NCBI GenBank assembly: GCA_023818645.1
Contig: JAMWCJ010000001.1
Location: 9,584 to 73,583 of the forward strand
Length of the DNA stretch: 64,000 nt
Source: Candidatus Omnitrophota bacterium
GTDB taxonomy: Bacteria; Ratteibacteria; UBA8468; B48-G9; JAFGKM01
Reading direction: 5' to 3'
Part shown: in pieces, positions 18,860 through 28,702 of the stretch
Layout of the letters: every line of letters begins with the position of its first letter
Numbering within the stretch: the first letter of the stretch is position 1
The notes under the pieces: model-generated
Databases searched by the model: none
What the model saw: the letters and a program-made list of their open reading frames with translations, nothing else
Told to the model about the DNA's origin: nothing
Position numbers and translations under genes: made by a program

Positions 18860-19941
18860 TTTACAAATATATTGGGCCTTAAAAACTCTCCTTGTTCTGT
18901 TTCTATTTTTAATAAAGGCCAATTTCTATCCTCTGTTATGATAATCGGTTTTTCTTCAGTTGTGATAATTGTATCCTCTGATTTTGTTCCTGTTATTGAT
19001 GGATTCCAAGCAAATGCCTGATTTTCTGTTATAATTTCTTTTCGTTCTTTTGTTGCTCTGAAATATCTTGTCATATAACCTGTAGGTCCACCCTGATGAT
19101 GTTTCTTCCATTCATCGCCATATCCTGTCTTTTCATACATTTCAATTCCTTTAGAAAAAATTTCGCCTATCGTCCTTCCTTTACAAGTTGAACCTATAAA
19201 TACAGAATCAATTTTACAAACTGCAAGATGTTTTTTCTTTAATTCTTCAGGGAGTTTACCAAAATAGATAAGTCGGGATAAAGAAACTATTAAACCATAT
19301 TTCCTTGCACATAAAACCACCATAACAGATTTTTTTACTCTTTTTTCTTTTGGAACTGGGTGTCTATATCTTTTAATCCGTTCATCAGAAGCAATCAAAA
19401 CAACAACAGGAACTATATTTCTCTTCCATAAACTTTCACTTAATTTCCCACATATTTCTATTTCTTTATCCCCTGGTTTTATCTCTTTGCAGATATTAGT
19501 TACTATTTTTGATATTTCTCTTCCAATCTTTTTATATCTTTCAGTTTCTTCACGTAAAAGTGGAAAATGTAATTTCTCAATATTTAATGGAATATAATTA
19601 TCATAAAATATATCTGAACCAACCTTTGCGTTCGTAATTTCTTTTATCTTCTCATCAAATTTTTCCTCATACCAATTTTTAATGATTGGTTCAAAATTAA
19701 AATTCTTAAGTTCCTCATCAGAAATTCTGGGATATTCTATATTATTTGTAAGGTAAAAAATTTTCTTCTTTGTTACAAGTAATTTACAAACCCCTGTTTC
19801 TGTGTGAAGCCCAACATAATTTATCTTTCCACCTGTAAACCAGGCAAAATTACTAACTTTGTTCAATAAAACTCCTTCTAACTTCTCCTCATCTAATATT
19901 TTTTTTATTCTCTCCCATTTAATAAGTATTTCTTTTTCCAT
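18856..19941 (-). CDS. M24-family (creatinase/Xaa-Pro peptidase, pita-bread fold) protein, possibly with altered metal site
   Basis: N-terminal creatinase-like domain. The C-terminus HHQGGPTGY....AFAWNPSITG...EDTIITTEEKPIIIT parallels the M24 HGLGHGVG...FTIEPGIY...EDTVLVTEDG tail. The usual EPG glutamate ligand reads NPS here. Confidence 0.5.
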   Translation of the reverse strand: MEKEILIKWERIKKILDEEKLEGVLLNKVSNFAWFTGGKINYVGLHTETGVCKLLVTKKKIFYLTNNIEYPRISDEELKNFNFEPIIKNWYEEKFDEKIKEITNAKVGSDIFYDNYIPLNIEKLHFPLLREETERYKKIGREISKIVTNICKEIKPGDKEIEICGKLSESLWKRNIVPVVVLIASDERIKRYRHPVPKEKRVKKSVMVVLCARKYGLIVSLSRLIYFGKLPEELKKKHLAVCKIDSVFIGSTCKGRTIGEIFSKGIEMYEKTGYGDEWKKHHQGGPTGYMTRYFRATKERKEIITENQAFAWNPSITGTKSEDTIITTEEKPIIITEDRNWPLLKIETEQGEFLRPNIFVK

Positions 19942-20035
19942 ATGATATAATTATTGTCCAATTTTTATTTTTTTTCAAGTTAACCCATTGTTTCATTAAA
20001 AATCTATATGAAATTTTATCGTTGCCTCATTATAC

Positions 20036-20086
20036 TACAAAACCTCAATCCCACCTACGAGGTGGCCGGTGGGGATCGTTGAGAAT
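20036..20086 (-). terminator. Putative rho-independent terminator downstream of the maf-rlmD gene
   Basis: The only GC-rich island in this intergenic gap. Inverted repeat CCTCAATCCCACC...GGTGGGGATCGTTGAGA. On the minus strand it is followed by GGTTTTG. Confidence 0.45.
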
Positions 20087-20105
20087 CAAAGTTTCTCCAA
20101 ACCTC

Positions 20106-22028
20106 TTAATAAGATTTATATTCAAGGATAGTTAAAGATTCTAAATGAGAAGTGTGAGGGAAAAAGTCAAACAAAAATATTTTTTTTATTGAATATCCAT
20201 TTCCTTTGAATTCTTTTAAGTCCCTTGCAAGGGTTGAAGGATTACAAGAAACATATATAATATTCGGAATCTTGTTTTTTGATATTTTGTTTATAATTTT
20301 TGAACTTAATCCATTCCTCGGTGGGTCAACTATTAAATAATCACAATCTACAAGAATTTCTTTTTTATTTAAAAACTTTTCAACTCTTTCAGCAAAGAAA
20401 ATACAATTGTTAATATAATTTTCTCTACAGTTTTCATTAGCAGTTTGAATATTTGCAATATCCCAGTCAACACCAATTACTTCTTTTGCTTTTTTTGAAA
20501 TAGATATTTCTATTGGCCCCGTTCCACAATATAAACCAATTATCTTACTTCCAGTATCAATATTCTCAAAAATTTTCTGATATAAAATTTCTGCAGATTT
20601 TGTATTTGGCTGGAAAAAAGTATTTGGATAAATTCTGAAAGATAAATTATTGATAATCTCTTCAATATAAGGTTGTCCATATAACAACTTTCCCCTTTCA
20701 TATGCCACAACATCTGCAATCTGATCATTTTCAACCCAATATATACTTTTTATCTCTTTAACTTGTTCTGTCAGTAAATCGACTAACTTACTTAAATCTA
20801 AATTAATCCCACTTTTTGTTACAATAATTACCATCATTTTATTATTATTTTTACTTTCCTTTACTACAAGATGTCTTAAAACACCTTTTTTTGTAAATGG
20901 ATCATAAGGTTGTAATTTTATAGAATTAAAAAAATCACTAACTATTGGAAAAATTTTTTCTACTTTTTTGCTAAAAATTAAACATCTTTTTAAAGGTACT
21001 ACTTCTTTTTTATATTTCTTATATGGTAAACTCCTTTCCCTCAATCCAACAACAATTCTGCTATTTTCAACTCCAAATGCAAATTCCATTTTATTTCTGT
21101 AAAAAAAGATTAAAGGAGATTGAAAAAAATTCTCCACTTTTATTTCCTGTTCAAATTGCCCAATTTTCTTCAAACAATTCAAAAAATATTCTTTTTTAAG
21201 TTCTAACTGCTTTTCATAAACTAAATTCTGAAAAGAACAGCCACCGCATAAACCAAAATGTTCACACTCTGGATTTATTCTAAAATCAGATTTCTTTTCA
21301 ATTTCTATAATCTCACCAAAAGAATAATTTTTTAACTCTTTAGAAACTTTAACTTTTAACCTGTCTCCAACGATCCCGCCTGGAACAAATATTACAAGAT
21401 TATTATATCTTCCTATTCCCCAATTATTTGGGAAAGCAAAATCGTAAATTTCAACAGATATTTCATTTGAAAGAAACCTATCAAGTAATTTCTTCAATTT
21501 TCCAGTAGGCAATCCCACAACATTATCAAAATTGCCATCAATTTCTTCAACAAAATTATCTTTCACATTCTGTATTGCATAAGCACCCGCCTTATCAAAA
21601 AAATTTTCTTTTTTCAAATATTCTTCTATTTCCTGCTCGCTTAATTTTTTAAATTTTACATAACTTATTTCATAATCAGTCAAAAGTTTCTCCTGGTCTT
21701 TTCTGTAAATTGCAATACCTGTTATAACTTTGTGTTTTGTTCCTGATAATCTTTTTAAAATTTGTTTTGCTTCTTCGTAATCCTTTGGTTTACCTATAAT
21801 TTCATCGTTTAAACTGACAATTGTATCTGCTCCTATGACAATTTTATCAGGATTTTCTTTTGCAATCGCTTCTGCCTTTCCAATGGCACAAAGAACTGCA
21901 TATTTTACAGGATCTTCCTCCTTTACACTCCTTTCATCAAAATTACTCTCAATTACGTCAAATCCTTTACATATTTTTTTAAACAATTCTTTCCTTCTCT
22001 CAGATTTTGTCGCAAGTATAATTTTCAT
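20106..22028 (-). CDS. Single-polypeptide fusion: Maf-family nucleoside-triphosphate pyrophosphatase (N-terminal) plus TRAM/RlmD(RumA)-type 23S rRNA m5U methyltransferase (C-terminal)
   Basis: Residues 1-190 are Maf (MKIILATKSERRKELF...IGADTIV...GKP.D.EEA...SG..H.V.TG). A TRAM-like barrel follows. Then the Fe-S Cys cluster CEHFGLCGGCSFQN, the SAM motif DPPRNG, and the catalytic VSCNPSTLARD. Confidence 0.8.
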   Translation of the reverse strand: MKIILATKSERRKELFKKICKGFDVIESNFDERSVKEEDPVKYAVLCAIGKAEAIAKENPDKIVIGADTIVSLNDEIIGKPKDYEEAKQILKRLSGTKHKVITGIAIYRKDQEKLLTDYEISYVKFKKLSEQEIEEYLKKENFFDKAGAYAIQNVKDNFVEEIDGNFDNVVGLPTGKLKKLLDRFLSNEISVEIYDFAFPNNWGIGRYNNLVIFVPGGIVGDRLKVKVSKELKNYSFGEIIEIEKKSDFRINPECEHFGLCGGCSFQNLVYEKQLELKKEYFLNCLKKIGQFEQEIKVENFFQSPLIFFYRNKMEFAFGVENSRIVVGLRERSLPYKKYKKEVVPLKRCLIFSKKVEKIFPIVSDFFNSIKLQPYDPFTKKGVLRHLVVKESKNNNKMMVIIVTKSGINLDLSKLVDLLTEQVKEIKSIYWVENDQIADVVAYERGKLLYGQPYIEEIINNLSFRIYPNTFFQPNTKSAEILYQKIFENIDTGSKIIGLYCGTGPIEISISKKAKEVIGVDWDIANIQTANENCRENYINNCIFFAERVEKFLNKKEILVDCDYLIVDPPRNGLSSKIINKISKNKIPNIIYVSCNPSTLARDLKEFKGNGYSIKKIFLFDFFPHTSHLESLTILEYKSY

Positions 22029-23164
22029 AAAAGCCCCTTTATTTTATGAATTCTGTTCCACCTTAAATAATCATAATAATTCCATCCAAAAAAACTATCT
22101 TCTTTATTACCTTGGGCAAGTTCTGTAATTCCACACTCTGCATTTTTACATTTAAGACAATCACCTTTACAAATAAATGGATAAAACTTATTACCTTTTC
22201 TGAAATAAATAGGTACATCTATTCCTTCACAATTATTGCTGCTCATAAATTCTTTATTTAAACCTATTATTTTACCATTTTTTTTCTCATATTCCATACA
22301 TAGCGCAAAGGAAATTTTAAATTTATCGCATATCTCCCTTAAAAATGAAAAAATATTTTTTCTGTAATTTATATGTGCATGCAACCACATTCCAATCTTC
22401 TCACAATAAAGATTTTCTATTTTTTGTCTTATTTTATGTCCGAACTCAAATTGGATATGGGTTAAAATATCACTCTTTATTGTAATTGGGATATCCATAA
22501 CGCTCGCAATAATATGTTTTGCTCCACTATCAACTGCTTTTTTAATCAGTAAAATCAAATCTTTTTTATTATCTGTGATAAATGGTATTATAGGGTCAAT
22601 TCTACAAACACAATGTATACCATTTTTAGACAAATTTTCAATATTTTTAAAAAGTTGTTTGGTCTTTGCTCCTTTTTTCATCAATCTTTGTCTTATCATT
22701 TCATAAGGTGTTAAAATTGTAATCTGACCAAAAGAATGGGGATTTACTTTTATTTTTTCTATTATATTATCTGGAATTTTCTCTTTTGTCACAAACTCAA
22801 TAGGAATATTTTTTTCAATAAATAGTTCAATTGTTTTTTCTGAAATATGATAAATATTTTCAAGTGACTGAAATGGCTCTGTTACAGGTGAAAGATAACC
22901 ACAGAAAGTAAGATTTATATTTTCAATCTGTTCTTTTAAATTTTCAACAAAATTTTCATAAACAAAAATGATTTTTTCTTTTCTTGCTCTTTGAAAATTA
23001 CCTGGATAACTTAAAGCATAACAGAAAAAACAACCAACTTCACAGCCAATATAAGGATTTAGAAGTATTCTTTCAGATACACATTCTCTTTTTCCTGGAT
23101 ACCAGTTATGTATTTTCTTTTCAGATTTAACCTTTATATGAGGTAGTATTTTGCTATTTAACAT
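22025..23164 (-). CDS. Radical-SAM protein of the SPL / DNA-repair-photolyase (SplB, COG1533-like) family
   Basis: NPYIGCEVGCFFCYA (CX3CX2C just after NPY, as in the SPL family). C-terminal Cys-rich CKGDCLKCKNAECG. Overlaps maf-rlmD by 4 nt. Confidence 0.6.
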   Translation of the reverse strand: MLNSKILPHIKVKSEKKIHNWYPGKRECVSERILLNPYIGCEVGCFFCYALSYPGNFQRARKEKIIFVYENFVENLKEQIENINLTFCGYLSPVTEPFQSLENIYHISEKTIELFIEKNIPIEFVTKEKIPDNIIEKIKVNPHSFGQITILTPYEMIRQRLMKKGAKTKQLFKNIENLSKNGIHCVCRIDPIIPFITDNKKDLILLIKKAVDSGAKHIIASVMDIPITIKSDILTHIQFEFGHKIRQKIENLYCEKIGMWLHAHINYRKNIFSFLREICDKFKISFALCMEYEKKNGKIIGLNKEFMSSNNCEGIDVPIYFRKGNKFYPFICKGDCLKCKNAECGITELAQGNKEDSFFGWNYYDYLRWNRIHKIKGLL

Positions 23165-23201
23165 TTTTGATTTTTAGTTCCTATTTGTATATAATTAAAA
23201 T

Positions 23202-24416
23202 ATGCAGTTACTATTAATTATAAACTTTGTCTTGATGTTAATTATTATACTACTTTTACTATTTAAAAGAGAAACAGATACAAAAGATATTATTTTAAAA
23301 CAGGATGAAATAAAGGAAAAAATACTTGGAATTTCTAAGGAATTGTCTGAAAATCTTTTAAATACAAGACATCTTTTAAATCAGGAAATAATAAATATCT
23401 TGAAGAATACAGAAATGTTAATACTTGACCAGGTAAATAAAACAATTTCTACCTTAGGAACAACAGATACAAACTTACAACAAAGAATGGAAAATTTAAG
23501 AACTCAATTACACCAGACATTAACAGATACTGTAAAAAATCTAACAAATTCTATAAATTCAGCCACAACTCACCTAACTTCAAATCTTGATACAAAACTT
23601 GAACAACTAAATAAAAGATTTGCTGATACTACTGGATTAATAACAGATCTAAATTTAAAAGTTGGCCAACTGAGTAAATCAGCAGAAGAGTTAAGAAAAT
23701 TAAATGAAGAACTTAAAACTGCTTTAACAAGTCCAAAACTTGGTGGAAATATAGGAGAACAAATACTTGAGAACATGTTGAAAAATATATTACCAAAAGA
23801 AGTATATAAATTGCAGTACTTTATATCTCCTGGAAATACAGTTGATGCTGCAATATTTATTGAGAACAAATTTATTCCAATTGATGCAAAATTTCCTGTT
23901 ATGTCTTATAAAAGAATGGTAAATTCAAAGGAAGAAGAGTATGAAAAAAACAAGCAGGAATTTATAAAAGTTGTGAAAGATCATATAGATAAAATTTCAA
24001 AATATATACAACCAGAAAGAGGATCATTTAATTTTGCCTTTATGTATATTCCAAGTGAACCAATTTTTTATAGTTTATTGATAAGTGAAGATAAAGACGG
24101 AACTTCAATTTTCAACTATTCATGGTCTGAAAAAAGAGTTTTACCTGTTTCCCCTCAGAGTTTATTCGCATATTTAAATATAATTCTGCTTGGTTTAAAA
24201 GGTAAAATTATAGAAAAAAATGCTGAATATATACTTAAAGCATTTGAAGGAATGGGTAAAATTTTTGATAACTTAAGAGATTCTTTTGAAAAATCATTTA
24301 AACAGTTGAAATATACAAGTTCAAACTTTGAGGATGCGAAAAATCTACTTGATAAATTTGAATCAGAGTTCAGAAATTTACAAAAAATTAAAATTGAAAA
24401 ATTAGAAGAAAAATAA
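23202..24416 (+). CDS. rmuC: DNA recombination protein RmuC
   Basis: N-terminal TM helix, long coiled coil, and a C-terminal nuclease-like domain with FMYIPSE. Immediately upstream of mutS. Confidence 0.6.
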   Translation: MQLLLIINFVLMLIIILLLLFKRETDTKDIILKQDEIKEKILGISKELSENLLNTRHLLNQEIINILKNTEMLILDQVNKTISTLGTTDTNLQQRMENLRTQLHQTLTDTVKNLTNSINSATTHLTSNLDTKLEQLNKRFADTTGLITDLNLKVGQLSKSAEELRKLNEELKTALTSPKLGGNIGEQILENMLKNILPKEVYKLQYFISPGNTVDAAIFIENKFIPIDAKFPVMSYKRMVNSKEEEYEKNKQEFIKVVKDHIDKISKYIQPERGSFNFAFMYIPSEPIFYSLLISEDKDGTSIFNYSWSEKRVLPVSPQSLFAYLNIILLGLKGKIIEKNAEYILKAFEGMGKIFDNLRDSFEKSFKQLKYTSSNFEDAKNLLDKFESEFRNLQKIKIEKLEEK

Positions 24417-24425
24417 ACTGAAAAA

Positions 24426-27005
24426 ATGGAAAATTATACACCAATGCTTAACCAATATCATAGTATAAAAAAAAATTATCCTAATTGCCTTTTATTTTTT
24501 CGCCTTGGTGACTTCTATGAGATGTTTTATGAAGATGCTAAAATCGCTTCAAAAATCCTTGACCTTGTTCTAACTTCAAAACCCGCTGGAAAAAGCGGGA
24601 AAATCCCTATGTGCGGTATACCATATCATGCTGCAGACAATTATATTTCAAAATTGATAAAAAATGGATATAAAGTTGCAATATGTGAGCAGGTTGAAGA
24701 CCCAAAAAAAGTAAAAGGGATTGTAAAAAGAGATGTAGTAAGGGTTTTGACGGCAGGAACATATATTGACGAAACAAATCCTGATGCAAAGTACCTTTTT
24801 TCATTATATTTAGATGATAATAATTTTGGTTATTCTTTTATAGAAAGTGGTGGATGCGTGATATATGCAAATCAAAGTGATGACAAAATAAAAATAATTG
24901 AGATTATCCATAAATTACCAGTTTATGAAATTATTTATCCATCGGATAAAAAAGAAAAAATAAATGAATTGTTTTCAAATCCTCTTTTAAAACTCAAAAA
25001 TGTAACTCTCACCGAAATTGATGACTGGCGCTTTAATTATGAAATCTCAAGAAAAAATATTCTTGAAACTTTTAAAATTAATAGTTTAAGTGGTTTTGGT
25101 ATTGAAAATCTTCAATATTCTCAAATGTCAATAGGTCCATTAATTGATTATTTAAAAGAAACAAATAAAAGTGAACTTTTCCATATTGACAGGATTTCAT
25201 TATATAAAAGCGATGAATTTGTCTATATTTCGCCTTCTGCCTTAAAAGGACTTGAAATTGAACAACTTATAAAAATTATTGATAAAACTGACACACCACT
25301 TGGAAAAAGGCTTTTAAAATACTGGGTTTTGCATCCTTTAACAGATATAAAAGAGATAGAAAAACGATTAAATATTGTTGAATATTTTATAAAAAACAAG
25401 GAATTAAAAGAAAAATTGAAAAAAATTCTTTCAGATATAAAAGATACGGAAAAATCACTAACAAAAATAAGTTATGGCTATGGTTCTGTAAAGGATATCA
25501 TAGAGATAAAAAAACTTGCAAATAAAGTAGAAAAAATTATTGAGTTTTCAGGAGAAATTTTTGAAAAATTTGATTATTTTGAGATTGAGGATATTCCTGA
25601 TTTGAGAGATTTACTTAATCAGGCAATTGATGAAAATATACCATCTGTTAACTTTGAAGGGAAGATTATAAAAAAGGGATTTAATCAGGAAATTGATAGA
25701 TTGAGGGAAATAAAGGAAAATAGTGAAAATTATTTGGCAAAGTATCAAAAAGAGGAAATTGAAAGAACAGGAATAAGTTCTTTAAAAATTGGTTTTAATA
25801 AAGTTTTTGGATATTACATTGAAATTACAAAGGCAAATTTAAAACTTGTTCCGCCTGATTATATAAGAAAACAAACGCTTGTGAATGCTGAAAGATTTAC
25901 GACTGCAAAATTAAAAGAATTTGAACAGGAGATCTTATCAGCAGAAGAGAAAATAATAAGTATTGAAAATGAAATATTGGAGAAAATAAAGCAGGAAATA
26001 TTGAAAAACTCACATAAAATAAATTTGATAAATGAAACTATTGCAAAATTAGATGTCTTACTATCTTTTTCTGAACTTGCAATTGAAAATAATTACATAA
26101 AACCAATTGTTGATAAAAGCACAACAATTGAAATAAAACAAGGAAGACATCCAATAGTAGAAAAGTTTACAGAAAATTTTATTCCAAATGATACACTGAT
26201 AGATACTTTAGAAAATTATCTTTTAATTATAACAGGTCCAAATATGGCTGGAAAATCAACATATATAAGACAGGTTGCTTTAATAGTTTTACTTGCTCAA
26301 ATCGGTTGTTTTATACCTGCAAAATATGGAAGAATTGGTTATGTTGATAAAATCTTTACAAGAATTGGAGCACAGGATGAATTAATAAAAGGTTATAGTA
26401 CTTTTATGGTAGAAATGCTTGAAACAGCAGAGATATTGAATAATTTAACTGAAAGAAGTTTAATAGTTATAGATGAAATAGGTAGAGGAACAAGCACATA
26501 TGATGGTTTTTCTCTTGCATGGAGTGTTGCAGAATATTTACAAAGAAAGAAAGTAAGAACACTTTTTGCTACTCATTTTCATGAAATAACTGCGCTCGGG
26601 AAATATAAAGGAGTGAAAAATTATAATGTAGTAGTAAAGAAATATGGAGATGAAATAATCTTTCTTCATAAAATTATGGAAGGTGCAACAGATGAAAGTT
26701 ATGGAATTTATGTTGCTAAACTTGCAGGGATCCCTGAAAATGTTCTAAAAAGAGCAAATGAAATTCTTACAAAACTTGAACTTGAAGGGACTATAAAAGA
26801 TAAAATTATTGGAGAAATTGAAATTGAACATCCATCCCTTTTTTCTTTTGAAGAAAAAAGTAAGATTGAAGAATTGAAGAATGAAATTAAAAATCTTGAA
26901 ACAATAAAAAATGAAATTAAAAATCTTGAAATTGACACGCTCACACCTATTGCCGCTCTTCTAAAACTTAAAGAACTTAAAGAAAAAATAAATGGGAAAA
27001 GTTAA
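24426..27005 (+). CDS. mutS: DNA mismatch repair protein MutS
   Basis: Walker A GPNMAGKSTYIRQ and DEIGRGTSTYDG. The N-terminal mismatch-binding domain includes FYE.F (GDFYEMF). Confidence 0.95.
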   Translation: MENYTPMLNQYHSIKKNYPNCLLFFRLGDFYEMFYEDAKIASKILDLVLTSKPAGKSGKIPMCGIPYHAADNYISKLIKNGYKVAICEQVEDPKKVKGIVKRDVVRVLTAGTYIDETNPDAKYLFSLYLDDNNFGYSFIESGGCVIYANQSDDKIKIIEIIHKLPVYEIIYPSDKKEKINELFSNPLLKLKNVTLTEIDDWRFNYEISRKNILETFKINSLSGFGIENLQYSQMSIGPLIDYLKETNKSELFHIDRISLYKSDEFVYISPSALKGLEIEQLIKIIDKTDTPLGKRLLKYWVLHPLTDIKEIEKRLNIVEYFIKNKELKEKLKKILSDIKDTEKSLTKISYGYGSVKDIIEIKKLANKVEKIIEFSGEIFEKFDYFEIEDIPDLRDLLNQAIDENIPSVNFEGKIIKKGFNQEIDRLREIKENSENYLAKYQKEEIERTGISSLKIGFNKVFGYYIEITKANLKLVPPDYIRKQTLVNAERFTTAKLKEFEQEILSAEEKIISIENEILEKIKQEILKNSHKINLINETIAKLDVLLSFSELAIENNYIKPIVDKSTTIEIKQGRHPIVEKFTENFIPNDTLIDTLENYLLIITGPNMAGKSTYIRQVALIVLLAQIGCFIPAKYGRIGYVDKIFTRIGAQDELIKGYSTFMVEMLETAEILNNLTERSLIVIDEIGRGTSTYDGFSLAWSVAEYLQRKKVRTLFATHFHEITALGKYKGVKNYNVVVKKYGDEIIFLHKIMEGATDESYGIYVAKLAGIPENVLKRANEILTKLELEGTIKDKIIGEIEIEHPSLFSFEEKSKIEELKNEIKNLETIKNEIKNLEIDTLTPIAALLKLKELKEKINGKS

Positions 27006-28698
27006 TTTTTTACCTGAAGAAGTTATAAGTAAAATAGCAGGTGGTGAAGTAATAGAGAGTCCTGCATCTGTTTTAAAAGAACTTATTGAAAATTCAATTG
27101 ATGCAAATAGTAAAAAAATTGAAATTAAAATAGAAAATTCAGGTAAAAAACTTATATATGTTAAAGATGATGGAGAAGGAATAGAAGCAGATGATATAGA
27201 AAAAATATTTGGAAGATATTCTACAAGTAAAATAAGAACAAAAGAAGACCTTTATAATATAAGAACACTTGGATTTCGCGGAGAAGCACTTTATAGTATT
27301 GGTGCTGTTGCTGATGTAATTTTAAAAAGTAAAACAAAAAATAGTGATATTGGAAAAGAGATTCATATAAGGGGTGGAAAAAAATTAAGTATAAAAGAAT
27401 GTGCTATGCATGATGGAACAATTTTAGAGGTAAGAGAATTATTTTTTAATATACCAGCAAGAAGAAAATTTTTAAAATCAGATATTACTGAATTTAGAAA
27501 AGTTTTTAATATTTTTATTCAATATGCAATAGGTTTTCCAGAGATAAATTTTATATTTGAAAATGAAAACAAAACAATTTTAAATCTAATCCCATCTGAA
27601 AATTATTTAAAAAGATTTTGCGAGATTTTAAACCTAAACGAAGACTATTTGATATACAGACAAAAAAAAATTGAAAATATTGACCTTGAAATAATTATAG
27701 GTGATATTAATTTAAAAAGGCCACAAAAAAATATGCAGTTTATTTTTGTAAATAGAAGACCTGTGTATAATTATATCCTTTCTTCAGCAATAAATAATTT
27801 TTACCAATCATTTTTTTCATCTGAATTCTTTCCTGTATTTGCTGTTTATTTACAAATTGCAAATCAAAATATAGATGTGAATATACATCCTACAAAGAGA
27901 GAAGTAAAAATTAAAGATGAAGATCGGATAGCAAAGAAAATTATTGATATAATTAATGAAATTTTGAAAGAAGGAAAAATCAAAAAAATTGAAGCGGAGA
28001 GGAAATATTTAGGACAGAAAGAAAAAGTAAGAATAAATGAAAAAATAAAAGAAGAAAATAATTTAATCTTTCAAACTAAAAAAACAGAAGAAAAAGAAAT
28101 CTATGAATTATTTAAGGAGGAGAAAATAAAAGTAATTTTAAGAGAAAAATTAAAAAGGAGTTGTTTTATTGGAGTTTTTAAATCTAAATATTTAATTTTT
28201 GAATCAGATGATTCTCTATTAATAGTTGACCAGCATGCAGTGATGGAAAGAATTAACTATGAAATCTTTATTAATCAGATTGAAAAAGGAAAAATTCAGA
28301 TACAGCAGATTTTAACTCCAATTATTATTGAACTTAATTATGAAGAAATGATAATCTGGGAGAAAACAGCGAAAATTTTAGAAAGATTTGGGTTCCTTAC
28401 AACAAGATGGAGTGAAAATAAAATAGCAATACATGGATACCCTTCATTGATAAAGGATATAGAGTTTGCAATAAGAAATATTTTAGATGAAAAAGACATA
28501 AAAAAATATGATAAAGAAGAGGTTTCAAAAAGAGCATGTAGAGTTTCAATTATGGCAGGAGAAAAAATTACAGACAAAGAGGCAAAATATTTAATTGAGA
28601 AATTGGCAAAGTGTAAAAATCCTTTCGTTTGTCCCCATGGAAGACCAATAATAATAGAGTTAACAGAGAATTTTCTTGATAGACAGTTTTTAAGATAG
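26992..28698 (+). CDS. mutL: DNA mismatch repair protein MutL
   Basis: GHKL ATPase N-terminus LPEEVISKIAGGEVIESPASVLKELIENSIDA. Overlaps the mutS stop. Confidence 0.9.
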   Translation: MGKVNFLPEEVISKIAGGEVIESPASVLKELIENSIDANSKKIEIKIENSGKKLIYVKDDGEGIEADDIEKIFGRYSTSKIRTKEDLYNIRTLGFRGEALYSIGAVADVILKSKTKNSDIGKEIHIRGGKKLSIKECAMHDGTILEVRELFFNIPARRKFLKSDITEFRKVFNIFIQYAIGFPEINFIFENENKTILNLIPSENYLKRFCEILNLNEDYLIYRQKKIENIDLEIIIGDINLKRPQKNMQFIFVNRRPVYNYILSSAINNFYQSFFSSEFFPVFAVYLQIANQNIDVNIHPTKREVKIKDEDRIAKKIIDIINEILKEGKIKKIEAERKYLGQKEKVRINEKIKEENNLIFQTKKTEEKEIYELFKEEKIKVILREKLKRSCFIGVFKSKYLIFESDDSLLIVDQHAVMERINYEIFINQIEKGKIQIQQILTPIIIELNYEEMIIWEKTAKILERFGFLTTRWSENKIAIHGYPSLIKDIEFAIRNILDEKDIKKYDKEEVSKRACRVSIMAGEKITDKEAKYLIEKLAKCKNPFVCPHGRPIIIELTENFLDRQFLR

Positions 28699-28702
28699 AT
28701 TT

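Noticed and set aside
20036-20090. GC-rich hairpin in an AT-rich gap, considered as a small structured ncRNA or riboswitch
   Set aside because: It is too short, is followed by a T-run on the minus strand, and sits right after the maf-rlmD stop. It is best explained as an intrinsic terminator.
26868-26935. Near-perfect 30-bp tandem repeat (NEIKNLETIK / NEIKNLEIDT) at the 3' end of mutS
   Set aside because: It is an in-frame low-complexity duplication in the non-conserved C-terminal tail. It is too short and isolated to be a CRISPR-like or regulatory repeat.
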